A DNA stretch of 64,000 bases from an uncultured Solirubrobacteraceae bacterium (GTDB lineage: Bacteria > Actinomycetota > Thermoleophilia > Solirubrobacterales > Solirubrobacteraceae), in NCBI GenBank assembly GCA_963714245.1, contig CAVQNR010000004.1, forward strand, positions 438,804 to 502,803. The letters are read 5' to 3'. Below are positions 19,133-30,162 of this stretch, piece by piece (within the stretch, counting starts at the first letter, position 1; the number at the start of each line of letters is the position of its first letter). The notes below the pieces were generated by a model that was not told the DNA's origin, ran no database searches, and saw only the letters and a list, made by a program, of their open reading frames with translations. Position numbers and translations under genes: made by a program.

Positions 19133-20298
19133 CCGCGCCGTCGCTGGCGCAGCTGCGAGCACTCGAGCGCGAGCACACGATCGCGACCTACGCGCGCAAC
19201 CCCGTGCAGTTCGTCCGCGGCGAGGGGGCGCGGTTGTGGGACGAGCAGGGTGTCGAGTACCTCGACTTCCTGGCGGGGATCTCGGTGCTCAACGTCGGCC
19301 ACTGCCATCCGCGGGTGGTCGCGGCGGTCCGCGAGCAGGTGGGCCGGTTGACCCACGTCTCGAATCTCTACTACAGCGCCGGCGCGATCGAGCTGTCGGC
19401 GGCGCTGGCGCGGAGCTCGCTCGGCGGCAAGGTGTTTCTGTGCAACTCCGGCACCGAGGCGAACGAGGCCGCGATCAAGCTGGCCCGCCGGGCACGGGCG
19501 GGTGGCAACGTGATCGTGCTCGAGGAGGGCTTTCACGGGCGCACCTACGGCTCGCTGTCGGCGACTGCGCAGGAGTCCAAGCAGGCACCGTTCGCACCGC
19601 TGGTTCCCGGCTTCGTGGTCGTCCCCAAGGATCCGGCGGCGCTGACCGCCGCGGTCGATGCGAACACCGCGGCGGTGCTGCTTGAGCCGATCCAGGGTGA
19701 GACCGGCATCCACGTGCTGTCCGACGAGCTGCTGGTCGCCGCGCGCGAGGCCTGTGATCGGGCCGGGGCGGCGCTGATCTTCGACGAGATCCAGACCGGA
19801 ATGGGGCGGACCGGCACCGTCTGGGGCTACCAGCAGACGCCGGTCGTCCCCGATGCGCTGACGAGTGCCAAGGCACTCGGCGGTGGCTTGCCGATCGGTG
19901 CGCTGGTGACCGGATCGCGGCTCGCCGACGTGTTGCAGCCCGGCGATCACGGCTCGACCTTCGCCGGCGGTCCGGTGATCTGCGCCGCCGCGCAGGTGGC
20001 GCTCGAGCTCTGCTCCGAGCTCGAGCTGCTGCGCTCCGTGCGCGCGCTCGGTGAGCGCCTGCGGGCAGCGGTCGCCGAGCTGCCGGCGATCGCCTCGGTC
20101 CGCGGGCGCGGGCTGATGGTCGGCCTCGATCTCGTCGATGGTCGCTCGGCGCCGCAGCTGGCACAGCGAGCGCTCAGCGAGCAGCGACTGATCATCAACG
20201 CCACCGGACCAGCGACGCTGCGGCTCGAGCCGCCCCTGATCGTGACCGAGGCCGAAGTCGACGACGCGGTCTGTCGTCTGGCACGCCTGCTGCACTGA
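19129..20298 (+). CDS. argD: Acetylornithine aminotransferase
   Basis: NSGTEANE, FHGRT, EPIQGE, DEIQTGMGRTG, PLP lysine in AKALGGG; arg cluster context. Confidence 0.95.
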   Translation: MTAPSLAQLRALEREHTIATYARNPVQFVRGEGARLWDEQGVEYLDFLAGISVLNVGHCHPRVVAAVREQVGRLTHVSNLYYSAGAIELSAALARSSLGGKVFLCNSGTEANEAAIKLARRARAGGNVIVLEEGFHGRTYGSLSATAQESKQAPFAPLVPGFVVVPKDPAALTAAVDANTAAVLLEPIQGETGIHVLSDELLVAAREACDRAGAALIFDEIQTGMGRTGTVWGYQQTPVVPDALTSAKALGGGLPIGALVTGSRLADVLQPGDHGSTFAGGPVICAAAQVALELCSELELLRSVRALGERLRAAVAELPAIASVRGRGLMVGLDLVDGRSAPQLAQRALSEQRLIINATGPATLRLEPPLIVTEAEVDDAVCRLARLLH

Positions 20299-20305
20299 TC
20301 GGCAA

Positions 20306-21265
20306 ATGCGCGGCGACGTCCAGAAGGCGAAGGTCGAAGTCTCACTCGCCGCCGATCAGCGCGCCGACGCGGCCGCGGCGGCCGTCCTGCGGCGTCTGCT
20401 CGGCGTGATCGCGGAGAACACGCCCGGTGCGATCGAGGGCGACGACATCGAGTATCTGCATCAGCTGCGGGTCGCCGTGCGCCGCTCGAGGACGGTCCAG
20501 CGCCAGCTTCGCCGTGTGTTCCCTGCACTCGAGCTGCCGGGGTTTCGCTCGGACTTCCGCTGGCTGCAGCGGGCGACCGGTCCCGCTCGCGACCTCGATG
20601 TCTACGTCGACGAGTTCGGGTCGCTGGCCAAGCTCGTGCCCGCCGGGCTGCGCGACGACCTCGAGCCGATGCGCGAGGTGCTCGGCGAGCGGCGGCTCGC
20701 GGCGCGCGCGGCGCTCGAGCAGACGCTCCGTTCACGGCGCGTCATCGAGCTGATGGAGGACTGGGATCGGCTGCTGGAGTCGCTCGTCGAGCTGCCCCTG
20801 GATGATCGCCCGCATGCCGCCAAGACGATCCATCACGTTGCCGGGCGCAGGATCGCCAAGGTGTATCGGCAGATCGTCGCCGGCGGCGAGCAGATCGATT
20901 CCTCCAGCCCCGCCGAGGCGTACCACGAGCTACGCAAGAAGGGCAAGGAGCTGCGCTACATGCTTGAGCTGTTCGGGATCCAGCTGTTCGACGAGGAGGT
21001 CGTCGGTCCGCTGATCGACCATCTCAAGGACGTGCAGGAGCTGCTCGGGCGCCACCAGGACCGCGAGGTGCAGATCGAGATGGTGCGCTCGCTGGTCACG
21101 GACGTGTCGGCGCTGCCCGACGGTGGGCCCGGATGTATGGCGATGGGGACGCTGATCGCGCGGCTGCGCGACGATGAGCTCGCCGCCCGGCGCGAGTTCG
21201 CCGAGCTGTTCGAGGCGTTTGCGTCCCGCGGCCAGCGCGACGCCGTCGCCGACACGTTCCGGTGA
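20306..21265 (+). CDS. CHAD domain protein
   Basis: LHQLRVAVRRSR, RDLDV, YHELRKKGKELRY, QELLGRHQD. Confidence 0.9.
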   Translation: MRGDVQKAKVEVSLAADQRADAAAAAVLRRLLGVIAENTPGAIEGDDIEYLHQLRVAVRRSRTVQRQLRRVFPALELPGFRSDFRWLQRATGPARDLDVYVDEFGSLAKLVPAGLRDDLEPMREVLGERRLAARAALEQTLRSRRVIELMEDWDRLLESLVELPLDDRPHAAKTIHHVAGRRIAKVYRQIVAGGEQIDSSSPAEAYHELRKKGKELRYMLELFGIQLFDEEVVGPLIDHLKDVQELLGRHQDREVQIEMVRSLVTDVSALPDGGPGCMAMGTLIARLRDDELAARREFAELFEAFASRGQRDAVADTFR

Positions 21266-21294
21266 TCGTGAGGGCGATCAACTACGATCGCCGG

Positions 21295-21459
21295 ATGGGA
21301 TACAAGCTTCTTGGCTTCGTCGTCTGGCAGGGCGGCAAGCACTACTTTCGCGGGAGCCTGAGCGGCAAGGTCATCAAGCTGGCACTGGCCGGGATCGGCG
21401 CGGCGGCGATCGCGGGGGCGGTCTTCGCGGGCCGTCAGGCGACCGGCCAGGACAGCTAA
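21295..21459 (+). CDS. Small membrane protein (54 aa), probably leaderless
   Basis: MGYKLLGFVVWQGGK.. with one TM segment; TACGAT 6 nt upstream of ATG. Confidence 0.7.
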   Translation: MGYKLLGFVVWQGGKHYFRGSLSGKVIKLALAGIGAAAIAGAVFAGRQATGQDS

Positions 21460-21495
21460 GCGGCCGCGGCCGCGGGCGTGCGGCGACGCCGACCG

Positions 21496-22713
21496 ATGAG
21501 CGACACCGCCCACAGCCCGATCGTGATCGATCGCGTCGACCGCGGGCGCGGCGACGGCGAGGAGATCCTGCTGCGGCTCTCGGGCCAGTGGCTGGTCGAG
21601 ACCGACCAGTCGGCGGACGCGATCCTGGTCGTCAGCCAGCGTGGCCAGCGCCACCGGTTCGCTCCGCTTGATCCCGAGCCGGGCGGGCCGGCCTCGGCCG
21701 GCTGGCACGCAAGCTTCGCGGTCCCCGACTGGGCCGTGCCGGTCGAATATGGGCAGGCGTCGCTCTGGGTCGGATCGGCGCCAATTCCGGTGCCGCCGGT
21801 CGGCACTCGGCTGCGCGATCTGACCGCTCCGCGACCGCACGCCACCGACGAGCTGCGATCGGCGCCGAGCGCCGCGACCCCGATCGCCCCGAGCGCACCC
21901 GCGCCGCCGCCGGCGGCGGACCCGCGGTCGCTGATCGCGATGGCGCCGCCGTCGGCTGGGGACACGGGCCGGGGCGGGCCGCTCGCCGATGCGCTGATCA
22001 AGGAGACGGTGTCGGTGCTGCACGCCGAGCTCGAGCAACGCTCGGTGCGCGAGGCGAGACTCAATGCCGCGCTCGATCAGGCACGTTCAGAGCTCGCCGC
22101 GCGGACCGCCGTGCAGGCCGAGCTGGAGGCGACCCACGGCGAGCTGCGCGCGGAACTGTCGCGGTTGACGGGGGCGGTCGCCGATCAGCGAGCCGAGTTC
22201 GACCGCGGTCTGGCCGACGCGGCGCAGCGCTCGGCCTCCGAGCTGGCCGAGGCCCGGGCGGACGCGGACGCTGAGCTGGCGCGGGCGCGCGCGGACGCGG
22301 ACGCTGAACTGGCGCAGGCACGCGCGGACGCGGACGCTGAACTGGCGCAGGCACGCGCGCAGCTCGATCGTGGCGCTGCCGAGCTGGCCAGTGTCCGTGA
22401 CCAGTTCGCGGGTCTGGCACAGGTGCGCGATCAGCTCGCCGGCGCCAACGAGCGGCTTGCCGCGTCGGTCCAATCCGACGGCTGGCGCGCGCAGGAGGCG
22501 GCCGAACTGCGCGAGCAACTGGCCGCGGCGCAGATCGCTCGCGACGCGACCACCGCCGAGGTCGGAGGGTTGCGCGCCGAGCTCGCGCGGCTCGGGTCCG
22601 AGCTGGCGGTCACACGCGAGCAGACGGGAGTTGGCGCCGACGGGCTCGACGAGGCTCGGCGACTGCTCGAGGATGCACGCGCGATGACCGCGAAGCTGCA
22701 AGGATCCTCCTAG
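21496..22713 (+). CDS. Coiled-coil protein (N-terminal beta domain, Pro linker, long Ala/Glu/Arg coiled coil)
   Basis: Long ORF with helical A/E/R/L periodicity and internal 11-aa repeats. Confidence 0.75.
   Translation: MSDTAHSPIVIDRVDRGRGDGEEILLRLSGQWLVETDQSADAILVVSQRGQRHRFAPLDPEPGGPASAGWHASFAVPDWAVPVEYGQASLWVGSAPIPVPPVGTRLRDLTAPRPHATDELRSAPSAATPIAPSAPAPPPAADPRSLIAMAPPSAGDTGRGGPLADALIKETVSVLHAELEQRSVREARLNAALDQARSELAARTAVQAELEATHGELRAELSRLTGAVADQRAEFDRGLADAAQRSASELAEARADADAELARARADADAELAQARADADAELAQARAQLDRGAAELASVRDQFAGLAQVRDQLAGANERLAASVQSDGWRAQEAAELREQLAAAQIARDATTAEVGGLRAELARLGSELAVTREQTGVGADGLDEARRLLEDARAMTAKLQGSS
22240..22359 (+). repeat. 33-bp coding tandem repeat (about 3.6 copies, ELAxARADADA)
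   Basis: GA(G/A)CTGGC..GCGGACGCGGACGCT units at 22240, 22273, 22306, 22339. Confidence 0.9.
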
Positions 22714-22751
22714 CAACAGCGATCGACAGAGACGCTCGATCGAGGGGACAA

Positions 22752-24155
22752 ATGCGTCAGGGCAAAGAGCAGAAGATCGCAGCGAGCGCGAATCACGCGG
22801 AGATCCATCCGCCCGAGCGCGTACCGTCTGAACAAATGACCGAGCTGTCCGAGAGCGCGGGGTCAGAACCGCGCGGGGTCGGCGACGTGAGCGACGAAGA
22901 CGCGCCGGAGACCCCGGAACGACCGAGGCTGGTCGCGCTGCCGGTCGGCGAGGCCGCCGCCGCGAATCGACCAGAGCCCGAGCGGGCGCCGGACGATCGA
23001 CCGGCTGGCGCCGATGCACAGTCGGCGCGGCTGACGCTTGAGCGGGCACTGCGCGGGCCCGGCGGCCAGGCCGCCGCGCCGCCGCGGCGTGGCTCGTGGC
23101 AGATCGCCGGCGCGGTCCAGGCCGCGGCCGTGGTGCCGCGCGCGGGTGCGACGGAGCTGCAGCCCGCGCCGCCGGCGCCGCTGCCGGCCGTGATCTCCGC
23201 CGCCACGCCGGAGCTCGTGCACGCGCTGCGGGCCGAGCTGGCGATGCGAGCCAGCGTCGAGGCAGGCCTGCGAACGAGAGCGGTCGACGCCGAGATCCGA
23301 CTTGCCGTGCAGGTGCTGCAGTCACAGCGGACAGCCGAGACGTTGCGACAGATCCGAGTCGAGATCGACCGGATAGCCGAACTGCTCGGCAACGAGCGGG
23401 CACGGCGCGAGGCGGCGGAGCGCCGCGTCGGCGAGCTCGAGGCAGCGCTTGCGGTGGTGGCCGAGGACGACGACCCCGAGTTCGATCCGGCAACCGAGCG
23501 CCAGCAACAGGCGGCCGCGCTCGGCGTTTCGCTGCAACGGCTGCGGACGCCTGCGATCGAGCTTGCGGCCGCCTCTGAGCCGGCGGCGCCCGCACCGGGT
23601 GACGTCAGTCCCGAGCGGCTCGCCGACGCGTTGACGAGACTGCGCGCCGGCGATCAGCCCGCGGGCCCGGAGGCGACCGGTTCACGGCCGGCATCGGAGA
23701 CGATCGCGCGGCCGTTGCGGACGTTGTGTCGCCGTGACCGCGAGCTGGCCGGCAGGATCGTGCTGTCGCTGCTCGAGCTGCAGTGGACCGCGTTCCCGTA
23801 CCCGATCGCCTATGACCTGCTGCTCGGCGCCGGCAACGGCTGCATCCGGGTCACCTCGGCCGACGGCTCGACCGAGGTCGTGCGCGCGCCGGTCGAGCGG
23901 TCGCTGCGTCGGGTCGAGTTTCATGTCGTCGGTGGGCCGGACCGGATCGCGCGGCTGTTGGTCGCGGGCCGGATCCGTCGCGGGCTCGGCTTCGGGCTCG
24001 CGCGGGTGCACGGCAACCGCTCCGGGTTGCGCGCGCTTGACGCGCTGCTGGGACTCCCGATCGACCTGCCGGCGCTCGCTCCGGGCGCCACCATTCCGGC
24101 GCTCGGCGACGCCGAGGCGCTCGCTGAGTTGCACCGCTGCGGCAAAGCCGCATAG
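22752..24155 (+). CDS. Hypothetical protein with coiled coil and possible C-terminal SCP2-like domain (start uncertain)
   Basis: Fills the gap to dnaE on the + strand; disordered N-terminus, coiled-coil centre, alpha/beta C-terminus. Confidence 0.6.
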   Translation: MRQGKEQKIAASANHAEIHPPERVPSEQMTELSESAGSEPRGVGDVSDEDAPETPERPRLVALPVGEAAAANRPEPERAPDDRPAGADAQSARLTLERALRGPGGQAAAPPRRGSWQIAGAVQAAAVVPRAGATELQPAPPAPLPAVISAATPELVHALRAELAMRASVEAGLRTRAVDAEIRLAVQVLQSQRTAETLRQIRVEIDRIAELLGNERARREAAERRVGELEAALAVVAEDDDPEFDPATERQQQAAALGVSLQRLRTPAIELAAASEPAAPAPGDVSPERLADALTRLRAGDQPAGPEATGSRPASETIARPLRTLCRRDRELAGRIVLSLLELQWTAFPYPIAYDLLLGAGNGCIRVTSADGSTEVVRAPVERSLRRVEFHVVGGPDRIARLLVAGRIRRGLGFGLARVHGNRSGLRALDALLGLPIDLPALAPGATIPALGDAEALAELHRCGKAA

Positions 24156-24233
24156 AGCGGATAACGGTGCTCGCGGGACCGCTCCGCGGGTGCCATGCCG
24201 TCCGCCGCGGCGCCTAGTCTTATCGCTTCCGCG

Positions 24234-27200
24234 ATGAGCCTCGACTGCGCCCACCTGCACGTCCATTCCGAGTACTCGTTGCTCGACGGCGCATGCAAGA
24301 TCGACGCGCTCGCGGCGCGGGCGGCGGAGTTCGGACAGCCCGCGCTGGGGCTCACCGACCACGGCGTGATGAACGGCGCGGTCGAGCTCTACACGGCCTG
24401 CAAGACGCATGGGATCAAACCGATCCTCGGCTGTGAGGCATACATGGTCGACGACCATCTCGCCCGCGGGCCGGGCAAGCTCGAGCGCTTCCATCTGACC
24501 CTGCTGGCCGCCAACGACGTCGGCTACCGCAATCTCGTCAAGCTCTCGTCGGCCGGGTTCATCGAGGGTTACCAGCGCGGCAAGCCGTCGGTCGACATGG
24601 CGCAGCTGGCCGCCCACGGCGAGGGCCTGATCGCGCTGTCGGGGTGCCTGGCGTCGCGGTTCTGTCAGCACCTGATCGGCGAGCGGCCCGATCTCGCTCG
24701 CGCCCACGCGCAGGAGCTGATGCAGGCCGTCGGCGCCGACAACGTCTACTTCGAGGTGCAGAAGAACGGCCTGCAGATCCAGGACCACTGCAACGAGGAG
24801 ATCGTGCGGATCGCGGCCGAGCTCAAGCGGCCGCTGGTCGCGACCGGCGACGTCCACTACCTGCGACGCGAGGACTTCGACCACCACGCGGCGCTGCTGT
24901 GCGTGCAGACGAAGTCGACGCTGGCCGAGCCGAAGATGCGGTTCGAGACCAACGAGTTCTATTTGAAGTCGACCGACGAGATGGCACGGGACTTCGCGCA
25001 ATGGCCCGAGGCGATCGCGTCGACGATCGAGATCGCGGAGCGCTGTGAGGTCGAGCTCGAGCTCGGCCGACAGCTGATCCCGAGCTTCCCGACACCGGAC
25101 GGCTCCGACGAGCGCTCCTATCTGAGAACCCTGGTCGAGACCGGGCTGCGCGCCCGGTACGGCGATCCGATCCCCGCGCCAGCGCGCGAGCGCGCCGAGT
25201 ACGAGCTCGGCGTGATCGACCGGATGGGTTTCAACGCCTACTTCCTGATCGTCTGGGACTTCGTCAAGTACGCCAAGGACAGCGGCATCGCGGTCGGCCC
25301 CGGCCGCGGCTCCGCGGCCGGCTCGCTGGTCGCCTTCTGCCTCGAGATCACGGATGTCGACCCGCTCCGTTACGACCTCCTGTTCGAGCGGTTTCTGAAC
25401 CCCGAACGCGTCTCGATGCCCGACATCGACATGGACTTCTCGGTGCGCGGGCGCGAGCGGGTGATCCGCTACGTCACCGACAAGTACGGCAAGGGCGCGG
25501 TCGCCCAGATCGTCACCTTCGGCAAGATGTTCCCACGTGCCGCGACGCGCGACGCCGCCCGCGTGCTCGGCCACGACTACGGCACCGGCGACCGGCTGGC
25601 GAAGCTGATCCCCGATCCCGAGCAGGGGCGCGCGCCGAAGTTCGCCGACTGTCTCGCGGCCGGCACGCCGCTGCGCGCCGAGGTCGACCGCGACGGGGTC
25701 GCCAAGCAGATCGTCGACGTCGCGCAGGGGCTCGAGGGGATCGTCCGCAACTCGTCGATCCATGCCGCCGCGGTGGTGATCTCCGATCGCGATCTGACCG
25801 ACATCCTGCCGCTGCAGATCGCGGAGGCGGGCACCGACGACAACGGCGACAAGGTCTACCGGACGGTCACCCAGTTCTCGATGAAGCCGGTCGAGGCGCT
25901 GGGCCTGCTGAAGATGGATTTCCTGGGGCTGCGCAACCTCGACGTGATCGAGGACGCGCTGGACATCATCGAGCGCTCCAGCGGCGAGCGACCGGACATG
26001 ACGTCGCTGCCGCTCGACGATCCCAAGACCTACGAGATGATGGCCGACGGGGATTCGGTCGGCGTCTTCCAGTTCGAGTCCGAGGGGATGCGCGAGACGC
26101 TGCGCCGGGTGCGGCCGTCGGAGTTCGAGCATCTGATCGCGCTCAACGCGCTGTATCGGCCGGGCCCGATGGAGAACATCCCGCACTACACGCGCGGGAT
26201 GCACGCGCCCGACGGCGTCACCTACCCGGACGAGCGCCTGCGACCGATCCTCGAGTCGACCTTCGGGGTGATCGTCTACCAGGAGCAGGCGATGCAGATC
26301 TCCAAGGAGATCGCCGGCTTCTCCGGCGCCAAGGCCGACGACCTTCGCAAGGCGATCGGAAAGAAGAACCGCGAGGCGATGGCCAAGCTCAAGCCCGAGT
26401 TCTACGCGGGCTGCCGCACCTCCGGCGCCAGCGAGTCGGTGACCGAGTGGCTGTGGACGACCAACGAGCGATCGGCCGACTACTCGTTCAACAAGTCGCA
26501 CTCGGCCTGCTACGCGCTGATCGCCTACCGGACCGCGTGGCTGAAGGCCAACTACCCGGCGGAGTTCATGGCGGCCCTGATCTCGTCGGTGATGGACACC
26601 AAGGACCGGGTGCCGTTCTTCGTCGCGCAGGCCGAGCAGATGGGGATCGAGATCCTGCCGCCTGACGTCAACCTCTCCGACCACGAGTTCGTCGTTGTCG
26701 ACGGGAACATCCGATTCGGGCTCGATGCGGTCAAGGGCGTCGGTTTTGCCGCGGTCGAGGCGATCAAGTCGGCACGTGGCGACGGCGCCGACAGCGCCGG
26801 CGGCGGTCCCGCCGCCGAGCCGTTCACGAACCTGTTCGAATTCTGTGAGCGCGTCGACAACCGCGCTGTCAACAAGAAGGCGATCGAGGCGCTGATCAAG
26901 TGCGGCGCGTTCGGCTCCACCGGCGACAGCCGCAAGGGCATGCTGTCGGTGCTCGAGCAGGCGCAGGCGGCCGGCGCCCAGGCCCAGCAGGACGCGTTGA
27001 TCGGACAGGGCTCGATCTTCGACCTCGCGATGCTCGGCGGCGACGACGCCGGGCCGGGCAACGGCGGCGCTGCGATGGGCGCCAGCCACGCGCCGGTCCC
27101 GGCCGAAGAGTTCGATCAATCCGAGCTGCTGGTGGCCGAGAAGGAGTCGCTGGGGCTGTTCATCTCGGCGCACCCGCTCAAGGAGCTAGGCCCCGCGCTG

Positions 27201-27806
27201 CGTAAGAAGGTCGACAGTCCGATCGGCGAGATCTCGGGCCGCAAGGACGGGGATTGGGTGACGATCGGCGGGATCGTCCAGCAGTTCAAGAAGATCAAGA
27301 CCAAGAAGGGCGACATGATGGCGTTCGCCACCCTCTCCGATCTTGAGGAGGCGGTCGAACTGGTCGTGTTCGGCAGCGTGCTCGAGACCGCCGAGCAGGC
27401 GCTCGCGGTCGACACGATCGTGCTGGTGCGCGGCAAGGTCGACCACAAGGACGCGAACAAGACCGTCGTGCTGGCCCAACAGGTCGAGCGCTTCGAGCCG
27501 CGGCCCGAGGAGATCGTGCGCGCTCGCGAGGAAGTGGCCAAGCCGCCGCCACCGCCCGCGCCGCTGCGGCTCTGCGTCGACGCGACCGCGCTGCCGGCGA
27601 CGGCGCTGGCCGAGCTCAAGCAGCTGATCGCGGGCTGCCCCGGTGACGCTGAAGTGGTGATCGAGCTGGCGACCTCCGCCGGTCGCCGACGCCTCAAGCT
27701 CGGGCCCGACTATCGCGTCGCGCGAACCGCGGGCCTGCGCGCCCAGCTCGATCAGCTGCTCGGTCCGGCGCTGATCTCCTCGCCGCAGGCCGGCGTCGCT
27801 GCCTGA
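24234..27806 (+). CDS. dnaE: DNA polymerase III alpha subunit
   Basis: PHP motif HLHVHSEYSLLDG, TDHG, GRGSAAGS, PDIDMD catalytic motif, FNKSHS, OB fold. Confidence 0.99.
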   Translation: MSLDCAHLHVHSEYSLLDGACKIDALAARAAEFGQPALGLTDHGVMNGAVELYTACKTHGIKPILGCEAYMVDDHLARGPGKLERFHLTLLAANDVGYRNLVKLSSAGFIEGYQRGKPSVDMAQLAAHGEGLIALSGCLASRFCQHLIGERPDLARAHAQELMQAVGADNVYFEVQKNGLQIQDHCNEEIVRIAAELKRPLVATGDVHYLRREDFDHHAALLCVQTKSTLAEPKMRFETNEFYLKSTDEMARDFAQWPEAIASTIEIAERCEVELELGRQLIPSFPTPDGSDERSYLRTLVETGLRARYGDPIPAPARERAEYELGVIDRMGFNAYFLIVWDFVKYAKDSGIAVGPGRGSAAGSLVAFCLEITDVDPLRYDLLFERFLNPERVSMPDIDMDFSVRGRERVIRYVTDKYGKGAVAQIVTFGKMFPRAATRDAARVLGHDYGTGDRLAKLIPDPEQGRAPKFADCLAAGTPLRAEVDRDGVAKQIVDVAQGLEGIVRNSSIHAAAVVISDRDLTDILPLQIAEAGTDDNGDKVYRTVTQFSMKPVEALGLLKMDFLGLRNLDVIEDALDIIERSSGERPDMTSLPLDDPKTYEMMADGDSVGVFQFESEGMRETLRRVRPSEFEHLIALNALYRPGPMENIPHYTRGMHAPDGVTYPDERLRPILESTFGVIVYQEQAMQISKEIAGFSGAKADDLRKAIGKKNREAMAKLKPEFYAGCRTSGASESVTEWLWTTNERSADYSFNKSHSACYALIAYRTAWLKANYPAEFMAALISSVMDTKDRVPFFVAQAEQMGIEILPPDVNLSDHEFVVVDGNIRFGLDAVKGVGFAAVEAIKSARGDGADSAGGGPAAEPFTNLFEFCERVDNRAVNKKAIEALIKCGAFGSTGDSRKGMLSVLEQAQAAGAQAQQDALIGQGSIFDLAMLGGDDAGPGNGGAAMGASHAPVPAEEFDQSELLVAEKESLGLFISAHPLKELGPALRKKVDSPIGEISGRKDGDWVTIGGIVQQFKKIKTKKGDMMAFATLSDLEEAVELVVFGSVLETAEQALAVDTIVLVRGKVDHKDANKTVVLAQQVERFEPRPEEIVRAREEVAKPPPPPAPLRLCVDATALPATALAELKQLIAGCPGDAEVVIELATSAGRRRLKLGPDYRVARTAGLRAQLDQLLGPALISSPQAGVAA

Positions 27807-27844
27807 CGCGATCCGCCGCCTCAGCGGCTCGCGGGGCGTCGCGG

Positions 27845-29275
27845 CTAGCTCGGGCCGCCTGGGTGAGCCCCGGAGCGTGGCAGCCAGGGGCCGTACCAGC
27901 CGCCACAGCCCTTGGCGAGCCGCTCGGCTTCGGGCGGACCCCACGAGCCCTGCGGGTAGACGATCGCCTTCGGTGGGTGCTCGAGCAGCGGCGCGACCAC
28001 GCGCCAGCACTCCTCGACGTTGTCCTGCCGGGTGAAGTGGCTCGAATCGCCCGCCAGTGCCGCCGACAGCAGCACCTCGTACGGGGTGGCGCCCTCGCCG
28101 CCCTCGTCGGCAAAGGTCATGTCGAAGTCGATCTCCGAGGCGCCGGCCTGGTCCGCGCGCTGGGCGTCGAGCGCGATCCGAACGCCGGTCACGGGGTCGA
28201 TCCGGATCACGATCTGGTTGGGGTTGGGACGCCGCCGCGTCGGGGCCTTGATGAACGGCAGCCGCGGCGGGTGGTGCATCACCAACCGGACCTCGGTCTG
28301 GCGAACCGGCAGCCGCTTGCCGGTGCGCAGCAAGAACGGCACCCCCGACCAGCGCCAGCTGTCGATGCGCAGCTTCAGCGCGACGTAGGTCTCGGTGTCT
28401 GAGTTGGGGGCGACGCCGTCGACCGAGCGGTATCCGTCGTACTGTCCGCGGACGCAGTGCCTGGGGTCGGCATCGCAGACCGCCTCGAAGACGGCCTGTT
28501 TGGCGTCCTTCTGGTTCTCGGGATCGGCGTTTGAGGGCGCCTCCATCGCGATCGCCGCGACGACCTGCATCAGGTGGTTGACGACGACGTCGCGCAGCGC
28601 GCCGACCGGGTCATAGAAGTGCCCACGGTCGGACACGCCGAGGCTCTCGGCCATCGTGATCTGCACCGAGGCGACGTGAGCGCGATTCCACAGCGGCTCC
28701 AGCATCGCGTTGGCGAAGCGCAGGTAGAGGACCTCCTCCAGGCCCATCTTCCCGAGGAAATGGTCGATCCGGTAGATCTGCGCCTCGTTGATGTACTTGT
28801 GGAGCTCCGTCGCCAGGTCCCGGGCCGATTGCAGGTCGTGCCCGAACGGCTTCTCGATCACGACGCGACGGTCGTCGCGGGTCAGCCCCGCCTTGGCCAG
28901 TCCCGCCACCACCATCGCAAACAGCGACGGTGGGGTCTCCAGATAGAAAACCGGGTTGCGCGCGTCGCCGAGCGCCTCGGCGACCTTGGTGTAGGTGCCG
29001 GCGTCGTTGAAGTCCCCAGCGATGTAGTTCAGTCGCGCCGCGAACCGGTCGAACACCTCCTCGTCGAGCGTCTCGCCGCCGGCGATGATCACCTCACGCG
29101 CATGATCCCGGAGCTGGTCCACCAACCAGTCGTCGGCGGCGACGCCGATCACCTTGCACTTCAGCAGGCCGCGCGCGTCAAGCCGGTACAGCGAGCGCAG
29201 CGTCATCTGCTTGGCGAGGTCGCCGGTGATCCCGAACACGACCAGCGCGTCGCCGGGGCTGGTTAGGGAGCTCAT
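27845..29275 (-). CDS. zwf: Glucose-6-phosphate 1-dehydrogenase
   Basis: [39 protein letters not shown]. Confidence 0.96.
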   Translation of the reverse strand: MSSLTSPGDALVVFGITGDLAKQMTLRSLYRLDARGLLKCKVIGVAADDWLVDQLRDHAREVIIAGGETLDEEVFDRFAARLNYIAGDFNDAGTYTKVAEALGDARNPVFYLETPPSLFAMVVAGLAKAGLTRDDRRVVIEKPFGHDLQSARDLATELHKYINEAQIYRIDHFLGKMGLEEVLYLRFANAMLEPLWNRAHVASVQITMAESLGVSDRGHFYDPVGALRDVVVNHLMQVVAAIAMEAPSNADPENQKDAKQAVFEAVCDADPRHCVRGQYDGYRSVDGVAPNSDTETYVALKLRIDSWRWSGVPFLLRTGKRLPVRQTEVRLVMHHPPRLPFIKAPTRRRPNPNQIVIRIDPVTGVRIALDAQRADQAGASEIDFDMTFADEGGEGATPYEVLLSAALAGDSSHFTRQDNVEECWRVVAPLLEHPPKAIVYPQGSWGPPEAERLAKGCGGWYGPWLPRSGAHPGGPS

Positions 29276-30153
29276 GCCGACGTCCTTGTCCGTCGCCGCC
29301 GCTGGTCTTTGCCGCGCTTGCGCAGCTTCGCGCACAGCCTGAGCTCGGCCTTGGTCGGTCCCTGCCGATCCGGTCCCGGGGTCTCCAACACGCACGGGAG
29401 TCTCTCGAATCGCGGTTCGGAGAGGAACGCCGCACAGCCGCGATCGCCGATCTCGCCCCGGCCGATGTCGGCGTGACGGTCGCGGTTTGAGCCCAGCGGG
29501 GTCTGGGAGTCGTTGAGGTGCAGCGAGCGCAGGCGCTTGAGCCCGACCACATCGTCAAAGCGGTCGAGCACGTCCGCGACCCCGTCGATCGTGCGGATGT
29601 CATAGCCGGAGGCCAGCAGATGGCATGAGTCGAGGCAGACGCCGAGCCGGGGATCGTCGCCGGCCGCCTCCAGCAGCGCGGCGAGCTCCTCGAACGAGCG
29701 GCCGAGCGTGCCGCCGGCGCCGGCGGTGTTCTCCAGGTGCAGCTCGCATCCCTCGGTGTCGTTCAGCGCGCGCGCGATCAGCTTGCCGGCGCGCTTGATC
29801 GCCTTGGACACGTCGCCCTGCTTGGCCGAGCCCGGGTGCAGCACGACGCCCGCGGCGCCGATGCCCGCCCCGACCGTCAGCGACTGCACGAGCGAAGCGT
29901 GCGACTTGTCGCGGATCGCGTTGTCCTCGGTGGCGCAGTTGAGCAGGTAGACGGCATGGATCAGGACCGCGCCGATCCGGCTGTGGCAGATCGCGTCGCC
30001 GAACGCCGCGAAATCGTCGTCGCTGTAGGCCGTCGGGCGCCACATCCGGGGCGACTGATTGAAGATCTGGATCGCGTGCGCGCCCAGTTCGGTGCCGCGC
30101 TCGATCGCCTTGGGCAGGCCTCCCGCCTGGGAGACGTGGGCGCCGATTAGCAT
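29272..30153 (-). CDS. nfo: Endonuclease IV
   Basis: [47 protein letters not shown]. Confidence 0.96.
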   Translation of the reverse strand: MLIGAHVSQAGGLPKAIERGTELGAHAIQIFNQSPRMWRPTAYSDDDFAAFGDAICHSRIGAVLIHAVYLLNCATEDNAIRDKSHASLVQSLTVGAGIGAAGVVLHPGSAKQGDVSKAIKRAGKLIARALNDTEGCELHLENTAGAGGTLGRSFEELAALLEAAGDDPRLGVCLDSCHLLASGYDIRTIDGVADVLDRFDDVVGLKRLRSLHLNDSQTPLGSNRDRHADIGRGEIGDRGCAAFLSEPRFERLPCVLETPGPDRQGPTKAELRLCAKLRKRGKDQRRRRTRTSA

Positions 30154-30162
30154 CGAAGATCC

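Noticed and set aside
23682-27173. 1163-aa ORF on the minus strand
   Set aside because: Antisense shadow of dnaE typical of high-GC codon bias; no recognisable motifs. The same applies to the other long overlapping ORFs (e.g. 1850..3031, 57908..59500, 22087..23595).
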